Origin: Candidatus Poseidoniales archaeon
GTDB taxonomy: Archaea > Thermoplasmatota > Poseidoniia > Poseidoniales > Poseidoniaceae
Assembly: GCA_009887195.1 (NCBI GenBank)
Contig: QXXX01000073.1
Location: 68,000-113,616 of the forward strand
Direction of reading: 5' to 3'
Length of the DNA stretch: 45,617 nucleotides
The notes beneath the pieces are model-generated. The model had not been told where the DNA came from and ran no database searches. It saw nothing but the letters and a program-made list of their open reading frames with translations. Position 1 is the first letter of the stretch; each line of letters opens with the position of its first letter. Position numbers and translations under genes: made by a program. Below, piece by piece: positions 9,846 to 18,305 of this stretch.

Positions 9846-11012
9846 ATGGCCAATAATATATCGTTAACTTTAGTCGGTGGTAATGAAAAACCTGCCAAAA
9901 TACATCATTTAGTCAAAGCTCCAGCAAATACGCCTTGGGCGCTAGCAAAGCAACAATCATGGGATGCAAATCATCCAGCAACTGTTTATGTGACGCCAGA
10001 GACCCTGCCAGATGGTACTCCTTGTAGTGCTGTTACCGTGATACTTAGGACCAAAGGCTGTCATTGGTGGTGGTCTAGTGGTTGCACTTTCTGTGGTTAT
10101 TTTAACGATACAAGAGACGATGTGACCAATGAGAATTTACATGCCCAATGGGAAGCTGCTAAAACCCAACACAATGGGTTTAAAGACCAAAAAATGGTCA
10201 AAATATACACTTCAGGCTCTCTATTAGAAGACCGTGAAATTCCCGTTGAGTTTCAAGAAACAGTTTTGCGAGAATGCCATGAAATGGATAAAGAATTAAT
10301 CGTTGAAAGTCGATGCGAACAACTTACTGAGGAGAAGCTGTCCTGGGCTACAAAAATCAACCCCTCATTCACTGTGGCGGTTGGATTAGAGGCTTATGAT
10401 GACGAAGTATTGCGTTTCCACGTCAACAAGGGATTCTCTACCAAAGCTTGGGACAAGGCCGTAGAAAATTTACGTAAGTACAACTTAAGGGTCAAAACAT
10501 ATCTAATGTTCAAACCGCCATTCATGAACGAAGTTGACGCCCTTGAACATGGAGTAAGGTGGATAAAAGATGTAGCAGCTAAAAGCGATGAAATCTCAGT
10601 TAATCCGATGAATATTCAGCGCGGGACGGTTATTGACCGGCTGCATAGAAACAATGAGTACCGCCCACCGTGGCTGTGGTCGCTGGTTGAGATGATAAAA
10701 CGGGCTCATCCGATAATTTATCCTGAGGGTGGAACCAATGGTTCAGACGATCAAGTTTGTCGCTTAATCATCCATCCAACAGCCGGAGGGAAAATCCGTG
10801 GAGCCCATAATTGCGGCACTTGTGACAAATTTGTAGTCGCAGCCATTGAACGCTATGCAGTATCAGGAGATCTAAGGGAATTCAACGGTTTGTCATGTGA
10901 GTGTGAAGCAATTTGGCAGCAGGAATTAGCCTTGGAGTCAGCCCTTCCGTTGCCGTTGGGGATCTCAAGACCGCGCCGAGGCAATCGTATCGAGAATCTT
11001 CGTTCCCTATGA
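9846..11012 (+). CDS. Archaeosine biosynthesis radical SAM protein RaSEA (TIGR01210-like)
   Basis: ILRTKGCHWWWSSGCTFCGY (CX7CX2C), KIYTSGS, VESR, GLE, YLMFKPPF, YRPPWLWS, RGAHNCGTCD and C-terminal CEC, all characteristic of the archaeal RaSEA family. Confidence 0.88.
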   Translation: MANNISLTLVGGNEKPAKIHHLVKAPANTPWALAKQQSWDANHPATVYVTPETLPDGTPCSAVTVILRTKGCHWWWSSGCTFCGYFNDTRDDVTNENLHAQWEAAKTQHNGFKDQKMVKIYTSGSLLEDREIPVEFQETVLRECHEMDKELIVESRCEQLTEEKLSWATKINPSFTVAVGLEAYDDEVLRFHVNKGFSTKAWDKAVENLRKYNLRVKTYLMFKPPFMNEVDALEHGVRWIKDVAAKSDEISVNPMNIQRGTVIDRLHRNNEYRPPWLWSLVEMIKRAHPIIYPEGGTNGSDDQVCRLIIHPTAGGKIRGAHNCGTCDKFVVAAIERYAVSGDLREFNGLSCECEAIWQQELALESALPLPLGISRPRRGNRIENLRSL

Positions 11013-11069
11013 TGACTTTTTCCTGCTAATCTAGTGAATGTTTATCACCACTCTGCCGGTGGCTTGGAA

Positions 11070-11094
11070 TGACCCCTTCGGGGTCAATGGGTGA
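11070..11094 (+). promoter_or_regulatory. Hairpin TGACCCC-TTC-GGGGTCA immediately before GGTGA SD (putative 5'UTR structure)
   Basis: Perfect 7-bp inverted repeat at 11070-11086, SD-like GGGTGA at 11089-11094, TATA-like TTTATCA at about 11040. Confidence 0.5.
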
Positions 11095-11100
11095 GATGAA

Positions 11101-11370
11101 ATGAATAACTCAATATTGCCGGATGTAACGGTCGGAACTGGCCAACCATCCATGGGACGAGTAGCACTTACACTGATGTTTGTTGGTGTGTTTGGATTAT
11201 TTGCTTTATTTGCCAATGTATTTGGCTGGGACGCAATGCCTATTCTGGGTGATGTTGTACCGTTTATTGGTAATCTCGGTGGCAGCGGAATTTGGTATTA
11301 TTTAGTTGGAATTCTTATTGGAATTGGAGTCGTAGTTGCGACATTAATCGGCGAGGTAATCGTCGAATAA
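11101..11370 (+). CDS. Small two-TM membrane protein
   Basis: Two hydrophobic Gly-rich helices, SD upstream, 13-nt gap to the next gene. Confidence 0.75.
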   Translation: MNNSILPDVTVGTGQPSMGRVALTLMFVGVFGLFALFANVFGWDAMPILGDVVPFIGNLGGSGIWYYLVGILIGIGVVVATLIGEVIVE

Positions 11371-11383
11371 AGGGGTTTAGAAT

Positions 11384-13570
11384 ATGGAACCAATTTTCAT
11401 TTCAGCAGCAATATTACTAGCGACACTATTGGTCGTTTCCTATTATGTAACCAACGGCGTTGGAACAATGGGAGTGCCATTGAGGCAATTTGCCTTATTT
11501 TTGATGAATAAGGCTCCAGTTGGATTAGTTGATCTATTCAAAGACGAACCTGGAAGCGGCAGTAGGACTTGGATGAAATTTGGAACAGGATGGTTTATTC
11601 TCACTGTAATTAGTAGTTTTATTGCCATATGGCATAATTACGACCCAACTGCTTTGGACTCATTGGCTAGTATAGGATGGTCATATGATGACGGTTCAGC
11701 CTTAGCAGACTTCACATCTGCTGTGATGTTGATATCCTTCACCTATCTGGTGATAGGAGGGTGCTTGGTTGCAGTCGCTCGTGCAGGCAACAATCGTTTG
11801 GCCAGTGAAGCAAGTGCTTCAATGGTTGCTGTATTGTATACTGCTTCACTTTCATTTAATCTAATTTTAATCCCAATAATCTTCAATTTTGCCGACATTG
11901 CAGATGCGGAAACCATTAGAGATTTAATTTCCTTAATGGTAAACTATGTTGTTTCAAGCCTATTGTTTACCGCACTGCTAATGAATGTGTTAGCGACCTA
12001 TTCACAACGTGATGACGGGTCTACTTCAGTAACTGCTTGGTTCCTCATTATGGCTATAGTGTCCAAATTAATCGCTTCAATGTATTACGTAATAGGAGAG
12101 GCAACAGATAATACCCAAATGGTTTGGATGTCAGAGCGTGTGCTTGAGGGTTGGGTTCCACTCGCTTTGATGTTCGCCTTAGCATACCACGTAATCCCTC
12201 ATGCGGCAACGGCTCCTATTTGGTCAGGTTCTTTACTAAAAGCAAATATGGTTCTGCTGTTTTTAACAGTCCCACCATTCTTCATGACCTCTGCAGACGC
12301 CGGAGAGTTACTACAAAATGTTGGAGCACTACTGCTGACATTCTCTCTACTGCCCTTATTTGCCGGTTCAGTAAATCTTCTAGCAACTGCTTCGTCTAAC
12401 TCTAGTGGCGTACTAAAAAACCCAGGAGCCTTGTCGGCAACATTAGCAATGTTCTTGTTGCCAATATTTGCTGTTGGCAGTTACTTTACCGCCATGGACA
12501 CCTTCACTGGCACTAACCAAATGTTAACAATGTCCTCTACTATTGATAACGGATTTATGTACACTGTTGGAGGATTAATGATGCTATCTGCAATCTTCTC
12601 GTCTTACCCATTAGCAACTGGAAACAAACTAGCCGAGCCATCAAGAGCAAACATGTCTGTGTGGTTTATGATGCTAGGTGGTCTAACCGCAACAATCACT
12701 ATGTTGATTGGTGACTTTACCTCAAAGGCAGTATTAGATTCGGGAGTTGAAGATGTAGTTGCTTCAACATCAGGATTTTACCTGGTTGCTGCAGCTATGT
12801 TTTACCTTGTGCCTATCTCTGCTATTCTAGCAACGTTAGTTTTGATCAGAACCGGTACTTCATCACAGAAAATCGCCGAAGTTGGCTCTAAAATTTCTGA
12901 TGTAGAAACATATACTCTAGTCGAAGGAACTAGCACCACTATTCAACAATTATTAGGTCGTGGAGTTGGTGTAAACACTAATTTGGTAATTGGTGATGCA
13001 ACCGAGGACGAAGGGGGCTCAACAGTAATAGCCGTCTCTGCAACCTTGCACAACGACGAAATTACCGAATTCCCAGAAGAAGATCCTGTAGATGAAGCAC
13101 ATGAAGAGGATAAAGGTCCTGCTAAGGAATTGATGATGCTAGTTGATTATCTAAAGAACAGCGGTCAAACAGTATTCGACTTCTTCAAATCTATTGACTT
13201 AGATAACTCGGGTAGTATAGACGGATTCGAGTTTCAACAAGCTTTGCTAAACAGTGACGTAGGGGATTTTCCCCCGTGGGAAGTAGACGAACTCGTGGCT
13301 GCCATTGATCTTGATAGCGATGGAAACATCAATCTTCCAGAGTTAGATATTGCTTTAGCAAAGATTGCAGCAGCATACGGTTCACCAGAGCCAAAAGATG
13401 GAGAAGATGCAGAAGATGCAGAAGATGCAGAAGATGAGGCCAGTAATGAACTCTCAAAAACCGATCTAGGTAAACTAAAGAAAGCAGAGTTAGTATCTAT
13501 TGCTAAAGAGAAAGGCGTTGCAGCAACAGGAACAAAGGCCGAATTAGTGGCTGCAATATTAGGCGAATGA
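11384..13570 (+). CDS. Polytopic membrane protein: degenerate cbb3-type oxidase subunit I (CcoN)-like fold + EF-hand pair + SAP/HeH-like C-terminal domain
   Basis: About 13 TM segments. CcoN-like segments such as AYHVIPHAATAPIWSGSL, but no His at the ligand positions. EF loops DLDNSGSIDGFE and DLDSDGNINLPE. C-terminal LGKLKKAELVSIAKEKGVAATGTKAELVAAIL. Confidence 0.75.
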   Translation: MEPIFISAAILLATLLVVSYYVTNGVGTMGVPLRQFALFLMNKAPVGLVDLFKDEPGSGSRTWMKFGTGWFILTVISSFIAIWHNYDPTALDSLASIGWSYDDGSALADFTSAVMLISFTYLVIGGCLVAVARAGNNRLASEASASMVAVLYTASLSFNLILIPIIFNFADIADAETIRDLISLMVNYVVSSLLFTALLMNVLATYSQRDDGSTSVTAWFLIMAIVSKLIASMYYVIGEATDNTQMVWMSERVLEGWVPLALMFALAYHVIPHAATAPIWSGSLLKANMVLLFLTVPPFFMTSADAGELLQNVGALLLTFSLLPLFAGSVNLLATASSNSSGVLKNPGALSATLAMFLLPIFAVGSYFTAMDTFTGTNQMLTMSSTIDNGFMYTVGGLMMLSAIFSSYPLATGNKLAEPSRANMSVWFMMLGGLTATITMLIGDFTSKAVLDSGVEDVVASTSGFYLVAAAMFYLVPISAILATLVLIRTGTSSQKIAEVGSKISDVETYTLVEGTSTTIQQLLGRGVGVNTNLVIGDATEDEGGSTVIAVSATLHNDEITEFPEEDPVDEAHEEDKGPAKELMMLVDYLKNSGQTVFDFFKSIDLDNSGSIDGFEFQQALLNSDVGDFPPWEVDELVAAIDLDSDGNINLPELDIALAKIAAAYGSPEPKDGEDAEDAEDAEDEASNELSKTDLGKLKKAELVSIAKEKGVAATGTKAELVAAILGE
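13394..13436 (+). repeat. In-frame 9-bp tandem repeat (GAAGATGCA)x3 with degenerate flanking copies, encoding an EDA linker
   Basis: Exact copies at 13403, 13412 and 13421; partial copies at 13394 and 13430. Confidence 0.85.
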
Positions 13571-13583
13571 TGGAAGATTTCCT

Positions 13584-14864
13584 ATGAAAATTGGCCTAGT
13601 CGGCAAGCCTAATGTTGGTAAATCAACATTTTTTTCATCCGCAACACTCGCCAAAGTTGATATTGCCAATTATCCATTCTGTACCATTGAACCGAATGTT
13701 GGTGTCGCATTTATTTCTGCAAGACTCGACTGTCCGTGTAAAGAACTACGGCAACGCTACGAGGCAGATGGGCGTTTAGCGCCTATTTCTCTAGATGATA
13801 CACGTAAAGGAAGTATTTGCCAACCCCGGACCGGTGATTGTATTGGTTTCAAGCGCTTAGTACCCTGTTATCTTGTTGATGTAGCAGGTTTGGTACCTGG
13901 GGCTAGTGAGGGGAGGGGTCGAGGAAACGCATTCCTTGCTGACTTGTCCAACTGTGATGCACTTATTCAAGTGGTTGATGCTGCCGGAACCACGGATATC
14001 GAAGGAAACCCAAAGGCAGTGGAACAAGATTCAATCGCTGCTGCCAAATCGGTACAGCAAGAAATTGATTTCCTTTCAAAGGAGTTGGACAATTGGATTC
14101 TAGGTCTACTAAAAGAAAGTTGGGCTCGAGGTGTAAGGAGAGTACAATCAGAAGGAGAAAAAGGAATTTTGAGTTTTTTACATGAGAAATTAACCGGGCT
14201 TGGTTCCTCAATAGTATTAGTTACAAGGGGATTTGAATCATTTAAACAACAGAATAAAGATTCTAGCCCCCCTTGGGATTGGAGTAGCGAAACCCTTGGT
14301 TTACTAGCGACTTGTCTTAGAAGCGAATTGTTTCCAATCCACATTGCGGCTAATAAATTCGACATGTCTCCCGAAGGAGTAATTGCGAAACTACAGGCTA
14401 ATGGAATAATAATTCCTTGTATGGCAGACATGGAATTAGCATTGATGCGAGCAGCATCAGCAGGTATAATCGACTATCAATCTGGTAAATCCTCTTTTGA
14501 AATTCTTCAGCAAGAAAATTTGAACCCAAAACAGATTGAAGCACTAGAAAAAATGAGTCAAAAATTAACTTCTAGCGGGTCTACTGGAGTTTCTGACATA
14601 ATAGACAAGGTATTATTTGATCAATTAGACCATATCGTAGTTTATCCTGTTCAAGATGAAGGCCAATGGACCGACGGTGATGGAAAGGTACTTCCTGATG
14701 CTTTTGTAGTACCAGTTGGAATGGCTGCAAAGGAATTAGCATACATGGTCCACAGTGACCTAGGGGACGGCTTTATCAAAGGAGTTGATGGGCGTTCCCG
14801 AAGAGCTGTTGGTTCAGATTATCAGTTAAGCGACGGTGACGTACTTAAGATTCATTCCAAATAA
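13584..14864 (+). CDS. ychF: Archaeal YchF-related (Obg family, Ygr210-type) GTPase with TGS domain
   Basis: GKPNVGKS (G1), YPFCTIEPN (G2), DVAGLVPGA (G3), GRGNAFL, ANKFD (G4), archaeal CPC...C.P..G.C insert, C-terminal VHSDLGDGF TGS domain. Confidence 0.88.
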   Translation: MKIGLVGKPNVGKSTFFSSATLAKVDIANYPFCTIEPNVGVAFISARLDCPCKELRQRYEADGRLAPISLDDTRKGSICQPRTGDCIGFKRLVPCYLVDVAGLVPGASEGRGRGNAFLADLSNCDALIQVVDAAGTTDIEGNPKAVEQDSIAAAKSVQQEIDFLSKELDNWILGLLKESWARGVRRVQSEGEKGILSFLHEKLTGLGSSIVLVTRGFESFKQQNKDSSPPWDWSSETLGLLATCLRSELFPIHIAANKFDMSPEGVIAKLQANGIIIPCMADMELALMRAASAGIIDYQSGKSSFEILQQENLNPKQIEALEKMSQKLTSSGSTGVSDIIDKVLFDQLDHIVVYPVQDEGQWTDGDGKVLPDAFVVPVGMAAKELAYMVHSDLGDGFIKGVDGRSRRAVGSDYQLSDGDVLKIHSK

Positions 14865-15251
14865 TCAGTGACCCTTTGGTCTTTCATAATTTGGTGTGAG
14901 TCTTGCGAGATTCCCAGCAAAGTGAGCTCCCCTTATGAAAAACCAAACAGGCGCAAACAACGTCAAACCGATCAAAACAATCAAGAAATAAATTCCCCAA
15001 GGGTCTACTGAACTGATGAACATGCCCCAAAGTGTCCAAAGGACTGGAATGTAGAGAAACATACTGTATCTTCTTGCAACCAATGACAGCCTTGCATTAC
15101 GTAATTTTTCATTATAGAGGTTTTCTATTTCCTCTTCTGAAGCCATTTTACGGTCTACAGCACAACGAATACAAACTTGAGCACGTGGACCATTTCCGTG
15201 AATGAATTGGTCTCTAGAAAAAGTTCCCAAACAGAACCTGCATGTCGGCAT
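14865..15251 (-). CDS. Hypothetical zinc-ribbon membrane protein
   Basis: N-terminal CRFC...H...CIRC followed by two TM helices. GGGAG SD upstream. Confidence 0.7.
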   Translation of the reverse strand: MPTCRFCLGTFSRDQFIHGNGPRAQVCIRCAVDRKMASEEEIENLYNEKLRNARLSLVARRYSMFLYIPVLWTLWGMFISSVDPWGIYFLIVLIGLTLFAPVWFFIRGAHFAGNLARLTPNYERPKGH

Positions 15252-15288
15252 GTAACTCCCTCATGTTACCGGAAATGGTCTTGATTCT

Positions 15289-17556
15289 TCAAGCATCCGA
15301 TTGAAGTTCCAAGAATGAACTGAATATTTGCAATCCGTTCGAGGAACCGATTGACTCTGGATGAAATTGAACACTGTGTATATTTTTAGATTTGTGACGC
15401 AGACCCATTATCGCACCGCTTTCATCGAATATATTTGGCACTAATTCATGTTTCTTCGTTTGGGTTATGAGTAACGAGTTATATCTGACATAAGTTCCAG
15501 ATTTGCTAGAGTTAACAAATAGCCCGGAATTATCACTTTGACAGGTAACAGGAGAGCCATGAACCGCTCCATTAGGATCTTTGATGAGTTGGTAACCATC
15601 AGATATTCCCAATGCTTGGTGCCCTAAACAAATACCTAGTAACGGAATTTTCAAATCTTCTTCGAGGCATAGTTTAGCCATTGTCATGGTTAATTCTGAA
15701 TCTTGTGGTTTTCCAGGCCCGGGCCCGATTATGATGTGTGAAGGCTGAAACTGGTTCAAAACCTCCAAAAGGTAGCCATAATTACTCAATTGGTTAGCAC
15801 TTTCATCCCTACCGTTTATGATACATACTTCTCGACCTAGACCGGCAATTGCATGAGCGATGTTGAGGGTGAATGAATCCAAATTATCAATAATTAATAC
15901 TCGGCCTTTGAGTAACTCTAACTCAGCGGGAATATTGGTGATAGTGGAAATATTTCCAGTTTTTTGATATTCAAACATATTCTCAATTTCTAATGAAGTT
16001 CGTTCTAACTTCCCAACATTTGTCTTATTAAAATCAGGTGGCAGCCAGCCACATACCTTCCTAATGGCTTGGGATTTCCAAATTGATTCCTCTACTTCAT
16101 TTTCAGGATTTGATCTAATTGTGATGCCGCCCCCAGCTCCAACTTTGCCATGCCATTGTTTGCCACTTCTACGAGCCTCAAGAGTCCGAATCAAAATGTT
16201 CCAAGAGCAATCTCCAGAGTGAGGTTGAAACCAACCCGCAGAGCCGGTCCAAAATGAACGGTTTTGTTGTTCAATTTGATCAATTACCGCACAAACCATT
16301 GTTTTGGGGCATCCAGTGATACTTCCACCTGGGAATAAATTACCAAACGCATCGGCACTGGTTTTGGTTTGGGCAAGCTGTCCGCCGATATGTGAGACTA
16401 GGTGATGGACATTGGCATATGATTCAACATCAAAGCGAGAGATATTAACCGTTCCAACATCACATATAGAAGACAATTCATTGCGCATCAAATCAACCAA
16501 CATACGATGCTCAGATCTCTCCTTAATATCGGCAATCATAGATGCGATCATAGCAAGATCTTCAGATTGATTGCTTCCTCTAGTAACAGTTCCTTTTATT
16601 GGGGCGGTAGAAATTTTACCGTTGCATGCTCTTAGCATGGTTTCTGGTGAAGATGACACAATAGCCAAATCTAGGTCGTGGGCTTCAATAAATATTGAAA
16701 ACGGAGCAGGATTGACAAGGCATAATCTCTGAAATATGGTCAGGGGTGATTCAACTAAACTACCAGACCAAAACCGACCAAAGTTTACTTGATACAATAC
16801 CCCCTCAGCAATGGCTTGTTTTATTTTTTCAATACTAGTAACGTGTTCTAAATCAGAAAGCGACGATTGTTCCACAGAATTATTGGGCAACTGTTCATCA
16901 ATCTGATAATTAATTTCACGATTATTAATAGTTTTCAAAACTAGATTAACCCATTTAGAATTAGTCCCTTCAACTCGATATTCATTTGATGATTTCGAAT
17001 GAATGATATAATTTTCAATAAGCCACATAACAGCAATGATGTCCCCTTCATTTGGCACATTTTCAAGATTCAGTGGCTGAGTCCATTGGACAAAATCATA
17101 TGATATTGCACCAGACCAAAAGGGCCCATTGGGTAATAGATCAGTTTCTTTATCGAAAAATTCCACATCCGGAGTTAGATCGGTTAATTGTTCAAATAAA
17201 TCTGCTATATTATTTGCCGAAATTATGTTGGCATGATACCAGCAACCATGCTTCCATTCTTCCACCTCAGCAATGAAATTTAGTTTTTGATAATCGAGTT
17301 CTATTTGGCCTGATAAAGCGTCGCCTTTTGGATTGGTTTTGATTGATGAAGGTTGTTTTATCACTACTCTAGTTTTACTTGGCCCACATAATATGGAATT
17401 ACTAGCTAAATGGGTGACTGGGCCCCCAGAATTCATAATTATGAGGTCGCGAGAACCGAATTCTATCGCTTCATTACCAAGTAATTGACCATCTATCAAG
17501 ATAGATGCCAACGCATTGATACCATCTATTGTAGATACTCGCACATGTTTGTCCAA
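15289..17556 (-). CDS. pabB: Fused aminodeoxychorismate synthase: chorismate-binding component I (PabB) + glutamine amidotransferase (PabA)
   Basis: YQVN, NPAPFS, SSPE, PabB-type PIKGT (TrpE has PIAGT), MLVDLMRN, FPGGSITGCPK, ILIRT. C-terminal GATase: IIDNLDSFT, GPGPG, GICLGHQ, QFHPES. Exact start uncertain (TTG 17556). Confidence 0.85.
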   Translation of the reverse strand: MDKHVRVSTIDGINALASILIDGQLLGNEAIEFGSRDLIIMNSGGPVTHLASNSILCGPSKTRVVIKQPSSIKTNPKGDALSGQIELDYQKLNFIAEVEEWKHGCWYHANIISANNIADLFEQLTDLTPDVEFFDKETDLLPNGPFWSGAISYDFVQWTQPLNLENVPNEGDIIAVMWLIENYIIHSKSSNEYRVEGTNSKWVNLVLKTINNREINYQIDEQLPNNSVEQSSLSDLEHVTSIEKIKQAIAEGVLYQVNFGRFWSGSLVESPLTIFQRLCLVNPAPFSIFIEAHDLDLAIVSSSPETMLRACNGKISTAPIKGTVTRGSNQSEDLAMIASMIADIKERSEHRMLVDLMRNELSSICDVGTVNISRFDVESYANVHHLVSHIGGQLAQTKTSADAFGNLFPGGSITGCPKTMVCAVIDQIEQQNRSFWTGSAGWFQPHSGDCSWNILIRTLEARRSGKQWHGKVGAGGGITIRSNPENEVEESIWKSQAIRKVCGWLPPDFNKTNVGKLERTSLEIENMFEYQKTGNISTITNIPAELELLKGRVLIIDNLDSFTLNIAHAIAGLGREVCIINGRDESANQLSNYGYLLEVLNQFQPSHIIIGPGPGKPQDSELTMTMAKLCLEEDLKIPLLGICLGHQALGISDGYQLIKDPNGAVHGSPVTCQSDNSGLFVNSSKSGTYVRYNSLLITQTKKHELVPNIFDESGAIMGLRHKSKNIHSVQFHPESIGSSNGLQIFSSFLELQSDA

Positions 17557-18296
17557 GTGTCCGGGTTAGAATAATGTTGAGCGAGAATATCACGGCATCT
17601 CTCAAAAATCAACGACTTTTCCCGGCCAATCATTTCTCCATCAATAGTCACTAATTTGCTACATCCAATACCGGTTCCAGTAACCAATATTTCTTCGCAC
17701 CTAGCAACCATTCTTTCATTGAGTCGCGCTTTCATTACCGGGATTCCAATTGATTTTAACGCGCGCGCTACTATCTGATTTGTGATGCCGTCTACTCCTA
17801 ATCTGCTATCGCTTACGTAAGCAGTCCCGTCCTCGTCGATAACTACTATACTTGCTCTGTCAGTGTCGACAATAGTAAAATCATCAACTAATATCGAAAT
17901 ATCAGCACCACTTTGTTCAGCATCATCTCGTGCATCAAGATACGGCTTCCAATCTCCATGCTTAGTTCCAGTAACATCTCCCAGCCATTTGTGAAGGGGT
18001 TTGGTTTTGCCATGTATCTCCGATGATCTTAGTTTTGGCAATGGTCTTGAGGTCAAATCAAGATTATCTGAATTAGAATAACTAATGGTAAGAAGTTGTC
18101 TCTGAGTTTTTTCTATACCCTCGCCCAATTCACAAATAGCCTTGGCTACCGTCAAATCTAAATCGCTTGGCAGTTCTATACGTAGACGTTCTGCATGATT
18201 TTTTAATCGTGCTAAGTGAGCACTGAAGTCAGCAACACTGCCCCCTCCATCCCACATTACTGTGGTAAACACCGAATCTCTGGGCTTAACAGCCAA
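17526..18296 (-). CDS. pabC: Class IV aminotransferase, probable 4-amino-4-deoxychorismate lyase
   Basis: VFTTV, HLARL, PLP lysine in GTKHGD, DGIT, TGTGIG. Adjacent to pabB. TTG start preceded by GAGGTGA. Confidence 0.75.
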   Translation of the reverse strand: MAVKPRDSVFTTVMWDGGGSVADFSAHLARLKNHAERLRIELPSDLDLTVAKAICELGEGIEKTQRQLLTISYSNSDNLDLTSRPLPKLRSSEIHGKTKPLHKWLGDVTGTKHGDWKPYLDARDDAEQSGADISILVDDFTIVDTDRASIVVIDEDGTAYVSDSRLGVDGITNQIVARALKSIGIPVMKARLNERMVARCEEILVTGTGIGCSKLVTIDGEMIGREKSLIFERCRDILAQHYSNPDTWTNMCEYLQ

Positions 18297-18305
18297 TCAA
18301 TCACC

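Noticed and set aside
11384-13570. Functional cbb3-type cytochrome c oxidase subunit I (ccoN)
   Set aside because: Histidine ligands for CuB and hemes are absent at the aligned positions and no ccoO/ccoP genes are adjacent, so no gene symbol was assigned.
15289-17556. Anthranilate synthase TrpE(G)
   Set aside because: PIKGT rather than PIAGT, an adjacent class IV PLP lyase, and no other trp genes favour ADC synthase.
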